From Halodesulfurarchaeum sp. (GTDB lineage: Archaea > Halobacteriota > Halobacteria > Halobacteriales > Halobacteriaceae), in contig JAXHNL010000002.1 in NCBI GenBank assembly GCA_034520565.1, forward strand, positions 64,001-128,000: a DNA stretch of 64,000 bases. The letters are read 5' to 3'. Both the position numbers and the translations under genes were made by a program. The notes beneath the pieces were generated by a model, which saw only the letters and a program-made list of their open reading frames with translations, was not told where the DNA came from and made no database searches. Positions within the stretch are counted from its first letter, which is position 1. Each line of letters opens with the position of its first letter. This document shows positions 1 through 9,602 of the stretch, piece by piece.

Positions 1-149
1 TTAACGACCGAGAGTGGATTCCGATTCGGTATCGACGTGACCCAACTGTCGACAGGCACGATCCAAATGGGCTCGCGATTGGCGGGTTTCTCGAAACCTG
101 GGATCAGAATCTGCAAAAACAGGGCTATGTAACCGCTTCCTCAGATTGA
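1..149 (+). CDS. 3' end of a hypothetical protein, DUF6908-like (partial; starts before the window)
   Basis: Frame from nt 3 reads NDREWIPIRYRRDPTVDRHDPNGLAIGGFLETWDQNLQKQGYVTASSD* (TGA 147-149); the F-x-x-x-W-x-x-N-L-x-x-Q-G ending resembles DUF6908 proteins. Confidence 0.5.
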   Translation, partial: NDREWIPIRYRRDPTVDRHDPNGLAIGGFLETWDQNLQKQGYVTASSD

Positions 150-253
150 AAAATACGCGAGGGGCAGTCTATTCTCGATACAGAACACATGGCTTTCTCA
201 AAATTATCGCGAGGCTGAATATTATAAGTAGCCGCCACCATTTTCAGCACACG

Positions 254-3001
254 ATGGGGCCAGAAGCGGAAGCCCGACAGGAAATAGATCGGATGTTGGA
301 GTCTGCGGGCTGGGAGGTGCAAGATTATGGAGATCACAATCTCGGGGCGAATGACGGAAACGTCGTCCTCCGCGAATTTCAAATCGGGAAGGACGCCGCC
401 GATTACGTTATTTTCATTGATCGGCGGGCTGTTGGCGTGATCGAAGCTAAGCCCACTGGAACGACATTAACCGGCGTTGAGGAGCAGTCTCGCCGGTATG
501 CAGAGGAATTCCCGAAAGACCTCCACCCAGCTCAATTACCCCTGCCATTTGTATACGAAAGTACCAGCATCGAGACCTACTTCCGCGATACGAGAGATTT
601 GGAGTCGCGTTCTCGAGAACTATTTTGGTTTCACAAACCCGAGGAGCTTCAAGAACTTCTGAATCGGGAAGATACGCTTCAGGAATCAGTTCAAGCGATT
701 GCCTCCCTTCGAGCAAGGGCAGTCTTCGAGACGCCCAATACGAGGCAATTCAGGCGTTGGAGGGCTCACTTGCGGATGGACGCCCCCGGTCGCTCATTCA
801 GATGGCGACCGGGAGCGGGAAGACGTATATGGCAGTGGAGGAGGTCTATCGGCTGATCAAGCACGCGAACGCCAAGCGAATCCTATTTCTCGTTGACCGC
901 AAAAATCTCGGGAAGAACGCGGAGACAGAATTCCAGCAGTTCGACACGCCTACTGGCCGGAAGTTCACGGAAGAGTACAACGTCCAGCGATTCCAGACCG
1001 GGAATATCGATCCCGCGAGCAAAGTTTGTATCTCGACCATCCAGCGGATGTATTCGATTCTGCAGGGCGAAGATCTCGAAGAGGAAGAAGTCGAGCAGTC
1101 ACAATTCGAAACGGACGAGGACGGAGAGCAAAAAGAGGTGCAGTACAATCCCGAAGTCCCGATTACGGAATTCGACTTCATCATCATCGACGAATGCCAC
1201 CGTTCGATCTACAACAAGTGGCGGCAGGTCCTCGATTACTTCGATTCGTTCCTCATTGGCCTGACTGCCACCCCAGCGAAGCATACCCTCGCGTTCTTTA
1301 ACCAAAATCTGGTGACCGAATACCCGCAAGAACGCGCCGTTGCTGACGGGGTAAACGTCGGGTACGACGTATACAGTATCCGCACGCGAGCGACCGAAGA
1401 GGGGGACGTGCTCGAAGCCGGCTACACGGTTGGCAAACGTGACAAGATGACTCGCGAAGAGAAGTGGGAGCAACTGGACGATACGATGGACTATCGTCCG
1501 ACGCAACTCGATCGGGACGTCGTCAAGCCGGATCAAATTCGGACGGTCATGGAGACGTTTCGAGACAATCTGGACAATATGTTCCCACGTCGGGACGAGG
1601 CGGTCCCGAAAATACTCGTCTTCGCGAAAAACGATGCACATGCTGATGACATCGTTCGGATCACCCGGGAGGTATTCGGGAAAGGAAATGACTTCTGCAA
1701 GAAAATCACCTACAAATCCGAGAAGGATCCGGAGGATCTGATTTCGGAGTTCCGGAATTCGTACAACCCACGCATCGTCGTCTCCGTGGACATGATTTCG
1801 ACGGGCACGGACATCAAACCGCTCGAATGTCTGATCTTCCTCCGGGACGTGAAATCGCGCACCTACTTCGAGCAGATGAAAGGGAGAGGGACCCGGACCA
1901 TCGAGCAGCAACGATTTGCAGCGGGTTACCCCTGACGCGGAGCACAAGACCCGCTTCGTCCTCGTCGACGCCGTGGGCGTAACGCGAAAGTGACAAAACC
2001 GACTCCGAACCCCTTGACCGGGATCCGAGTGCCTCCTTCGAAGACGTCTTAGAAGAGGTCACACTCAACCCGGATCCGTCCGACGACACCCTCTCGACGC
2101 TCGCAGAGCGCCTTGCCCGGATGGATAAAGTGCTCGACGGCGACCAGCGGCGGACCCTCAACCGTGAAGGAGACGCTCAGCTCCATCAGATGATTAACGA
2201 CCTGCTCACTGCGACGAGACCGGGACGAACAGCTCGCAGCGGCAAAAGAGGAAGTTCGACACCGAGAGTCCCAGCGAGGAACAGGTCGAGGAGGCGCGCC
2301 AGGACCTCGTCGAAGAAGCGAAACAGCACTTCGACGACAGCGAGTTCCGGGAAACGCTCACCACAATCAAGAAGCAGAACACGCAGTACATCGACCCGAC
2401 CGCGGACGAGGTCATCGAGTTCGAGGCCGAGCCCGAGAAGTCACTGAACGCCGAGCAGACGGTAGAACGGTTCCGCGAGTTCATCGACGAGAACAAAGAC
2501 GAAATCACTGCACTCCAGATAATCTACAACCAGCCCCACCGTCGGAAGGAACTGACCTACGAGAAGATTCGAGAACTGGCGGACACGTTCACGGCCCCGC
2601 CGTACAACCTCCGGACGGAGGAGGTCTGGGAGGCCTACGAGCAGCTCGAAAAGTCGAAAGTAGAAGAGAAAAGCGAGAAACAATTGCTTACGGACATCAT
2701 CTCTATTGTCCGTTTCGAGATGGGAGAGAGTGAGAAACTAGAACCGTTTGAGCAGGAGGTCGATGAGCGCTTCGAGAAGTGGCTGGCGCAACAGCAGGCT
2801 GATGGCGACAGCTTTTCAGAGCAGGAACTGGAGTGGCTGGATATGATGAAAGACCACATCGCTACCTCTGCGGCAATGGAAAAATCGGACCTTCAGCTGG
2901 ATCCGTTTAATCAGCGGGGTGGAATTCATCGGGCCCACGAGCTGTTTGGCGAGGATTTGGATTCAATGATTCAGGAGCTTAATCAGGAGTTGGTAGCGTG
3001 A
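254..3001 (+). pseudogene. hsdR: Type I restriction enzyme R subunit (EcoEI-like HsdR), multiply frameshifted in this sequence
   Basis: Nuclease motif ADYVIF..VIEAK, Walker A MATGSGKT, DECHRS, GLTATP, QMKGRGTR and VTPDA..K.RFVLVDAVGV lie in successive frames; C-terminus ends at TGA 3001 overlapping the hsdS GTG. Frame breaks near 685-715, 1903, 1984 and 2215-2251. Confidence 0.9.
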
Positions 3002-4404
3002 ATTATCCCAGTCATTGGACTATTTCTGAACTTGACGATATTGTTGACGTCCAATCAGGTGTTGCATTTCCAAAGGAATACCAGGGGAATGTGAATAAAG
3101 AGATACCGTTCTTCAAAGTAAAGGATTTACAAAAAACGGATGGCGGACGCCGATATTTGGATGATGCCGATAATTATGTATCTGAAGACGAGTCAAAGGA
3201 TTTGTCTAATGGGCTCATCCCAGAAAATTCAATCATATTTCCAAAGGTCGGCGAAGCGATAAAACTTAATCGTAGAGGTATTTTAAGACAAGATTCGCTG
3301 ATAGATAACAACCTAATGGCAATTCATTTGATTAATGAAGAGATGGTTCTTGATTATATATATTACTATTTTTTGACCGTTAGGCTTGAAACCTTCACTA
3401 GAGCCACTACAGTTCCTTCTATCCGCCAAAGTGATGTGAAAGAAATCAAAGTCCCAGTTCCCCCGCATTCTGAACAAAAAATGATAGTATCGAAGATCGA
3501 CGAACTGTTTTCCCAACTTGATTCTGGTATCAGTGAACTTGAAAATGCTAAGCAAAGGCTAGAACAATACTGGACTGTGATATTCAATGCAGCAATCCAA
3601 GGGCTATTAACAGAAAAATGGAGGCGATCACAAAATATTGACTCAGCTTATGTAGATGTTGATGAGAAATCTAACTGGACAATTCCAAGTCATTGGGACA
3701 CTGGTCCACTAAAAGAATTTTATAATGTAGTTCCTGGCAAAGCATTTTCCAGTAGTGATTTCAAAACCAGTGGTGTTCCAGTCATTAAGATAGGTAATGT
3801 TTCACACAATGAGTTCAAAGAAAGTCATTCTGACCACTTGGCAGAGGAGTTTTTAGATGAACATCCGAGAAGACGTGTGGAACCTGGGTCACTGTTATTG
3901 GCACTCACTCGTCCAATAACAAAAAATCGGGTTAAAATTTGTAAGTATCCTGGCGATAAGGAAAGGGGCCTTTTAAATCAGCGAGTTGCTTTAATAGAAT
4001 CTTTAGATGAAAATGAAATCGAACTTCCGCTATATTTTTTACAATCTAGTTATTTCAAATCGCTGATTGAAGATGATAGTTCAAAAACATTACAACCAAA
4101 TCTGTCATCTGTGAGTCTTAGGGATTTCACATTTCCATTACCGCCAAAAAATGAACAAAAACAGATAATATCTGAAATAGAACGTCAACAATCTATCCTA
4201 CAGGAAACACAAAAAACAAGCTCTTATTTAATAAATAAAGGAAATCAGTTGCGGCAATCAATACTTAAACAGGCATTCGAAGGCAATTTACTTTCACAAC
4301 GTTCGAATGCTGGGAAAGCAAAGCAAAGTCAAGAACAAGTAGATGGAAAGTCCAAATCAGGTGAACAAGTTACGCTTTCAGGGGTGATTAGTGATGGGAA
4401 ATGA
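2998..4404 (+). CDS. hsdS: Type I restriction-modification specificity subunit
   Basis: Two TRDs with conserved VPVPP..EQ..IV..ID and FPLPP..EQ..II..IE..LRQSILKQAFEG regions; lies between hsdR and hsdM; markedly AT-rich. Confidence 0.93.
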   Translation: MNYPSHWTISELDDIVDVQSGVAFPKEYQGNVNKEIPFFKVKDLQKTDGGRRYLDDADNYVSEDESKDLSNGLIPENSIIFPKVGEAIKLNRRGILRQDSLIDNNLMAIHLINEEMVLDYIYYYFLTVRLETFTRATTVPSIRQSDVKEIKVPVPPHSEQKMIVSKIDELFSQLDSGISELENAKQRLEQYWTVIFNAAIQGLLTEKWRRSQNIDSAYVDVDEKSNWTIPSHWDTGPLKEFYNVVPGKAFSSSDFKTSGVPVIKIGNVSHNEFKESHSDHLAEEFLDEHPRRRVEPGSLLLALTRPITKNRVKICKYPGDKERGLLNQRVALIESLDENEIELPLYFLQSSYFKSLIEDDSSKTLQPNLSSVSLRDFTFPLPPKNEQKQIISEIERQQSILQETQKTSSYLINKGNQLRQSILKQAFEGNLLSQRSNAGKAKQSQEQVDGKSKSGEQVTLSGVISDGK

Positions 4405-5848
4405 GGCAAACCAGTTAGTAACCAAGCTCTGGAACTACTGCGATGTTCTCCGGGACGATGGCGTGAGTTATGGTGATTACGTAGAACAGCTAACCTATCT
4501 CCTCTTTCTCAAGATGGACGAGGAGTTGATGGAGATAGGATTCCAAGAGGAATCCCAGGTTACAGACGAATACAACTGGCAAAGTCTTGTCGAAAAAGAC
4601 GGCGAGGAATTGGAGAGCCATTACCGGACGATTCTCCAAGAACTCGGGACACAAGGTGGGCTGCTGAGCGTCATCTTCAGCAAAGCCCAGAACCGGATTC
4701 AGGACCCCGCGAAACTTCGTCGGCTCGTGTTGATGATCGACGATGAGAACTGGTCGGGAATGGACGTCGACGTGAAGGGTGAGATCTACGAGGGACTCCT
4801 ACAGAAGAACGCCGAGGACGTCAAGAGCGGTGCCGGTCAGTACTTTACCCCCCGACCACTTATCAAAGGAGTCGTAGAGGCAGTTCAACCAGAGCCGGAT
4901 CAAGAAATCTGCGACCCCGCGTGTGGTACTGGCGGGTTCTTCCTCTCGGTTCACGATTACATCGTCGAGAACCACCAGCTCGATAAACAACAGAAGGAAT
5001 TCCTCCAACACGACGCTTTCAAGGGGTGGGAGATCGTCGACAACACGGCGCGTCTTGCCGTAATGAACCTCTATCTCCACGGGATCGACGGCCAGGAAAG
5101 TCCGATTGTCGTCGATGACAGCCTCCGGACTGACCCAGGCGAGCGCTTTGATCTCATCCTGACGAATCCTCCATTCGGCAAGAAAAGCAGTGTCACCGTG
5201 ATGAGTGCCGAGGGCGAGGCTGTAAAGGAATCGCTGACCTACGAGCGAGACGATTTCTGGGCGACCACGTCCAACAAGCAGCTAAACTTCCTGCAACATG
5301 TTAAAACACTCCTCAAAATCGGTGGCACTGCTGCCATCGTCGTTCCGGACAACGTATTGTTCGAAGGCGGTGCTGGGGAGACCGTTCGCCGCAAACTGCT
5401 GAACCAATTCGATGTCCACACGATGTTGCGCCTGCCGACGGGTATCTTCTACGCCCAGGGCGTGAAAGCGAACGTTCTCTTCTTCGACGCGAAACCAGCC
5501 CAGGCTGACCCCTGGACGGAGGACCTTTGGATCTACGACCTTCGGACGAACAAGCACTTCACGCGAAAGCGTGACCCCCTCACGTTCGATGACCTGACGG
5601 ACTTCATCGAATCCTACAACCCGGAGAATCGCCACGAACGCGAGGAAACTGAACGGTTCAAGTCATTCTCCTACGATGAATTAATGGAACGTGACAAGGC
5701 TAATCTGGACATCTTCTGGCTTAAAGATGACAGTCTGGAGGACGTCGAGGACCTCCCAGAGCCGGAAGTGCTTGCTGCAGACATCACAGAGAATCTGGAA
5801 GCGGCATTGGATCAGTTTTCCCAAATTCAGGACGACTTGACGCAATAA
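4394..5848 (+). CDS. hsdM: Type I restriction-modification N6-adenine methyltransferase subunit
   Basis: KLWNYCDVLRDDG N-terminus, GQYFTPR, DPACGTGGF (motif I), TNPPFG (motif IV). Confidence 0.96.
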   Translation: MGNEANQLVTKLWNYCDVLRDDGVSYGDYVEQLTYLLFLKMDEELMEIGFQEESQVTDEYNWQSLVEKDGEELESHYRTILQELGTQGGLLSVIFSKAQNRIQDPAKLRRLVLMIDDENWSGMDVDVKGEIYEGLLQKNAEDVKSGAGQYFTPRPLIKGVVEAVQPEPDQEICDPACGTGGFFLSVHDYIVENHQLDKQQKEFLQHDAFKGWEIVDNTARLAVMNLYLHGIDGQESPIVVDDSLRTDPGERFDLILTNPPFGKKSSVTVMSAEGEAVKESLTYERDDFWATTSNKQLNFLQHVKTLLKIGGTAAIVVPDNVLFEGGAGETVRRKLLNQFDVHTMLRLPTGIFYAQGVKANVLFFDAKPAQADPWTEDLWIYDLRTNKHFTRKRDPLTFDDLTDFIESYNPENRHEREETERFKSFSYDELMERDKANLDIFWLKDDSLEDVEDLPEPEVLAADITENLEAALDQFSQIQDDLTQ

Positions 5849-5900
5849 CTACTAACCTGCGTTTACAGGAGTTCTTAAGACTAAGTTGGAGTCGAGGTCC

Positions 5901-6863
5901 TCAGAAACGTTGAATCCGGTCGTAGAACGTATTATAGAACTGCTCTCCGGTTTCTAGCATCCAATTTTGGTACTCCTTCCATTCGTCTTTCCTCGACAAG
6001 ACCCCATCCCGGCGTAGCGTAATTTTTCCCCGTTCACTCTCACCTTTCGCGTCTTCCGGGGGGCTCCAAATCAACGATTCACCTATCTGGGCTTCGATTT
6101 CGTCCTTCTCACTTTCCAGTGCTTGGTAAATTTCGGGATCCTTTCTGATGATCAAGTGCGTGTACAGACTGTTTTCGACGGTGTTTACCGTAAATTGGAG
6201 TTTACAGTCTGCTTTTCCGATTGGGTTATTATACCAGTGATGAGGCTTCGGTTTGCGAGGGCGCAGGGTAGTATCCTCGGCCTCGATAAGATCGCGAAAC
6301 GCAGTCCAATATTCTTCCTGGAGCTTTTTCGTCTCTGTCAGTTCTCCTTCGGTTCGCTTTGCTTTCTCCTTCCACTCACTGGGGTCCTCGACCGGATTTA
6401 ACCGGACTGCAGGCCTCGAATCCCCAATTCGCCAGACTTCGAGCCGAATTGCAAAGAGATCGATTCCCTCCCGACTGTTTTGATTTAACCATTGGAACGC
6501 ATCGCGATGTTCGTCGTTGAATTTCGGCGAAATCCAAACGATGATATCAGCATCCACCCCCGCCGCGTAGGCAATAGATTTTCCGAGGTGGTCGTGATCA
6601 GACGACCCAAGCTGATTTTCGATCACGACGACACGGCCGTCGTCAACCGTATTCGCAACGATATCGACGTTATATTTACCGACACTTTTCTCCGTTTCAA
6701 CGACCTCCAGATCGAGGCGAAGGACATCTTCTAAGTGCGACACGTCTTCGGTCTCGATTGCTTTCGCTAACCATGGGGTGAAATCACGGGCTTCATCTGA
6801 CCAATATTCTCGAACGTCCTGGGGCTCAAGTTCCTCGAATTCTGTTGGGTCGGAGATTTCCAT
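5901..6863 (-). CDS. DUF4268 domain protein with N-terminal PD-(D/E)xK-like nuclease domain
   Basis: W.DEARDFTPWL, VDIVA...VVIENQL..SDHDHLGK.I.YAAG; C-terminal YW.AF...P.P.HW region typical of DUF4268. Confidence 0.8.
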   Translation of the reverse strand: MEISDPTEFEELEPQDVREYWSDEARDFTPWLAKAIETEDVSHLEDVLRLDLEVVETEKSVGKYNVDIVANTVDDGRVVVIENQLGSSDHDHLGKSIAYAAGVDADIIVWISPKFNDEHRDAFQWLNQNSREGIDLFAIRLEVWRIGDSRPAVRLNPVEDPSEWKEKAKRTEGELTETKKLQEEYWTAFRDLIEAEDTTLRPRKPKPHHWYNNPIGKADCKLQFTVNTVENSLYTHLIIRKDPEIYQALESEKDEIEAQIGESLIWSPPEDAKGESERGKITLRRDGVLSRKDEWKEYQNWMLETGEQFYNTFYDRIQRF

Positions 6864-7169
6864 ATTGAGAGGGTATCGCCGAGTTGTAGTAAAGACACAT
6901 CCTCAAGCAATCACAGATTTTCCCGCAAAATATATCTGAGTCTCCCAGAATTATCAGATTCCCGATTTTAATTATTTGCCCAACCAACCAAGTCTTTGCT
7001 TAAGTTCACCCAAATTTATTTCTGTCCGGAACTATATTGTGTTCATAGGCGAATCGCAAGATGTCGTCGACCCCCAAACCCAAATCGAACGAACTCACTC
7101 GCGGGTTGAGAGCGGGGTTTAAAAGTAAGTCGACGCCTTCTCGTGTTCATCTCATTCCCGAAAATGTTA

Positions 7170-7396
7170 CGGACCCGACGGGACTCCCGCGAACGCAGTG
7201 AGCGGGAGGTCGTCGGGGGAGCGAAGTGTTCCGAAGGAACCTGAGCGGACCCGACGGGATTTGAACCAGAGGAAGACTCGCTCCCGAAGGTCGCTCGTCT
7301 TCCAGGGCTCAAATCCCTGAACGTTTTCACTGCTCCCTTCGGTCGCAGGAAAACGTCGCCGTCCGTTCGTACTCCTCGCTTCGCTCGGAGAACTCA
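7170..7396 (-). repeat. Two structured non-coding units, each ending in a copy of the tRNA-Arg 3' end
   Basis: cggacccgacgggatttgaacc at 7246-7267 and cggacccgacggga at 7170-7183 repeat tRNA nt 7397-7418 and 7397-7410; the intervening DNA forms hairpins. Confidence 0.9.
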
Positions 7397-7469
7397 CGGA
7401 CCCGACGGGATTTGAACCCGTGACATCTTGGTCCGGAACCAAGGACTCTGTCCACTGAGCTACGGGCCC
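7397..7469 (-). tRNA. tRNA-Arg(CCG)
   Basis: Reverse complement GGGCCCGTAGCTCAGTGGACAGAGTCCTTGGTTCCGGACCAAGATGTCACGGGTTCAAATCCCGTCGGGTCCG; anticodon arm CTTGG-TT-CCG-GA-CCAAG; no encoded CCA; TTAAA box about 27 nt upstream. Confidence 0.96.
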
Positions 7470-7576
7470 TCATCTTCCATTCCACCGTCGACGTGTTTAA
7501 CCGTTCTGACTCACTCCAAGCCCTGACCAGACAACCGACGTGGTCGGCAGAAAACATTGAGTTGGGCGGGAATTCC

Positions 7577-7804
7577 AAAGGGGCCGACCGGTCGCGTTCG
7601 ACTCGGCGGGCACTATCACGACTGAGCAACGCGAAGGAGTGATATCCCGGCGAGCGGGCGCGAGCGGGAGGGGGCTTTTCGGAGTCATTGTCTTCTTTGC
7701 AGGATTGCAATATGGACCACAACAAATCCCACACCCCACCAGAAACCCCACCGAAAATTCCCTGTCCAATTACCAAAACCACACGCACACTCGCGAGAAG
7801 CCCC
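7577..7804 (+). repeat. REP-like long imperfect hairpin (7577-7679) with downstream GGGGCTT/AAGCCCC inverted repeat
   Basis: TCGCGTTCG/CGGGCGCGA, CTCG/CGAG, CGGG/CCCG and TATCAC/GTGATA stems with tandem GA/GA mismatches; ggggcttttcg (7671-7681) vs cgagaagcccc (7794-7804). Confidence 0.65.
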
Positions 7805-7860
7805 AAACAGCCGTTTGACGCTACGCCGTTTATACCATCCTCACGCTCCACGTGTCCAAT

Positions 7861-8634
7861 ATGGATCGTGGAACAATCCTCGCCGTCGCGATCGCGGTCG
7901 CCGTGATCGCCGGAGCCGGCACCGCCGGCGTCGCAATGGCGTTTTCCGACCAGAACGCATCGCCCAACCAGACAACCGACATCGACAAACCAGCCCCGAA
8001 CAGCACCATCACCGTCTCGGCCACGGGCTCCGAGAGTGCCGACCCCGACAAGGCCGAACTCCGCATCGTCGTCCAGAAAACCGCCGATGACCCGAACACC
8101 GCCCGCACCGACGTCGCGAACAACGTCTCCAGCGTCACCGAGGCCCTGCTCGCCATGGGTCTCGCCGACGAGGACATCCGCACCACCGACTACCGCATCG
8201 GCGAACGCGTCGAACGACCCACCGGGCCCACCGAGGAGCGAACCGAAGAACGCGTCGCCTACGCCCGCCAGACCCTCGAAGTCGAGATAACCGACCTCGA
8301 CCAGGTCGGCTCGGCCATCGACACCGCCGTCGAAAGCGGCGCCACCGAGGTCCAGAACGTCCGCTACACGCTCACCGAACAGACCCGGAACGAACTCCGG
8401 AACGAGGCCCTCGTGGCCGCGATGGAGCAGGCCCGATCCCAGGCCGACACCCTCGCGACCCAGTCCGAGCTGACCATCACCGGCCCGAGCGAGATCACGA
8501 CCGATTCCTACCACTCGCCGATCGTCCGCTACGAGACTGCCGCCGGCGGAGTCGCAGAGAGTAGCACCGAAATCGACGCCGGCCCGGTCTCGGTCCAGAC
8601 CCAGGTCACCGTGACCTACGAAGCCGCCCCGTAA
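7861..8634 (+). CDS. SIMPL (DUF541) domain secreted protein
   Basis: Signal peptide, ITVSATG..SADPD.A, GATEVQNV.Y.L, AL..AM..AR.QA..LA, V.VTY C-terminus. Confidence 0.9.
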   Translation: MDRGTILAVAIAVAVIAGAGTAGVAMAFSDQNASPNQTTDIDKPAPNSTITVSATGSESADPDKAELRIVVQKTADDPNTARTDVANNVSSVTEALLAMGLADEDIRTTDYRIGERVERPTGPTEERTEERVAYARQTLEVEITDLDQVGSAIDTAVESGATEVQNVRYTLTEQTRNELRNEALVAAMEQARSQADTLATQSELTITGPSEITTDSYHSPIVRYETAAGGVAESSTEIDAGPVSVQTQVTVTYEAAP

Positions 8635-8716
8635 CCCCCGTCGATCGATCGAACTCTTCTCCCGGTTCCCACACCCGACCACAAAGGGTTAGCCGCCTTC
8701 CCGCGTAAATACTGTG

Positions 8717-9481
8717 ATGGTATCACTTACCGACAAGGTAGCACTCGTGACCGGCGCCAGTTCGGGAATCGGCCGCCAGACCGCCGAAACCTTCGCCGAG
8801 CGGGGCGCGAAAGTCGTCGTCGCCGACGTGGACCGCGAGGGCGGCCAGGAGACCGTCGAACAGATCGAAGACAGGGGAGGCGAAGCCATCTTCGTCGAGG
8901 CCGACGTGACCGACCCCGAGTCGACGGAAGCGATGGTCGAAACGACCGTCGAAGAATTCGGCCGGCTGGACTGTGCCTTCAACAACGCCGGGATCGGCGG
9001 GCCGCAGGCACCGGTACAGGAGACCGACCCCGAAGAGTGGCAGACGGTCATCGACGTGAACCTCGTGGGCGTGTTCAACTGCATGCGCGCCGAAATCGAG
9101 CAGATGCTGGCCCAGAACGGCGGCGGGGCCATCGTGAACAACTCCTCGATCCTCGGGAAGGTCGGCTTTGCCAGCGCATCCGGCTACGTCGCCGCAAAGC
9201 ACGGCTTGCTGGGCCTGACCAAGACCGCCGCCCTGGAGAACGGCGAGACCGGGATCAGGATCAACGCCGTCTGCCCCGGATTCATCGAGACGCCGCTGCT
9301 CGAGGCGGGCGGGATCACCAGCGACCCCGAACTCAGAGAGATGATCGAGGGACGGCACGCGATGAACCGGCTGGGCCAGCCCGAGGAGGTCGCCGACGCG
9401 GTCGCCTGGCTCTGCAGCGACGAGGCCTCCTTCGTCACCGGCGAGGCCCTCGGGGTCGAGGGCGGCTACCTCGCCCAGTAG
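8717..9481 (+). CDS. Classical SDR family oxidoreductase
   Basis: TGASSGIG, NNAGI, YVAAK catalytic motif, CPGFIET. Confidence 0.93.
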   Translation: MVSLTDKVALVTGASSGIGRQTAETFAERGAKVVVADVDREGGQETVEQIEDRGGEAIFVEADVTDPESTEAMVETTVEEFGRLDCAFNNAGIGGPQAPVQETDPEEWQTVIDVNLVGVFNCMRAEIEQMLAQNGGGAIVNNSSILGKVGFASASGYVAAKHGLLGLTKTAALENGETGIRINAVCPGFIETPLLEAGGITSDPELREMIEGRHAMNRLGQPEEVADAVAWLCSDEASFVTGEALGVEGGYLAQ

Positions 9482-9602
9482 GCCAGCCGGTCGCGAGCAA
9501 CGGGCTCTTGGCATCCCCGGACCAATCCATCTCAATGACCGAGATTCGTGGCTCCCGATCGCAGTCGAGATCACCCGGCGCGACCACCCCGAAGGTCCGC
9601 CG

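Noticed and set aside
7043-7442. Short ORFs over the tRNA-Arg array (also 37221-37778 over tRNA-Lys)
   Set aside because: Overlap tRNAs and hairpins; no coding signature
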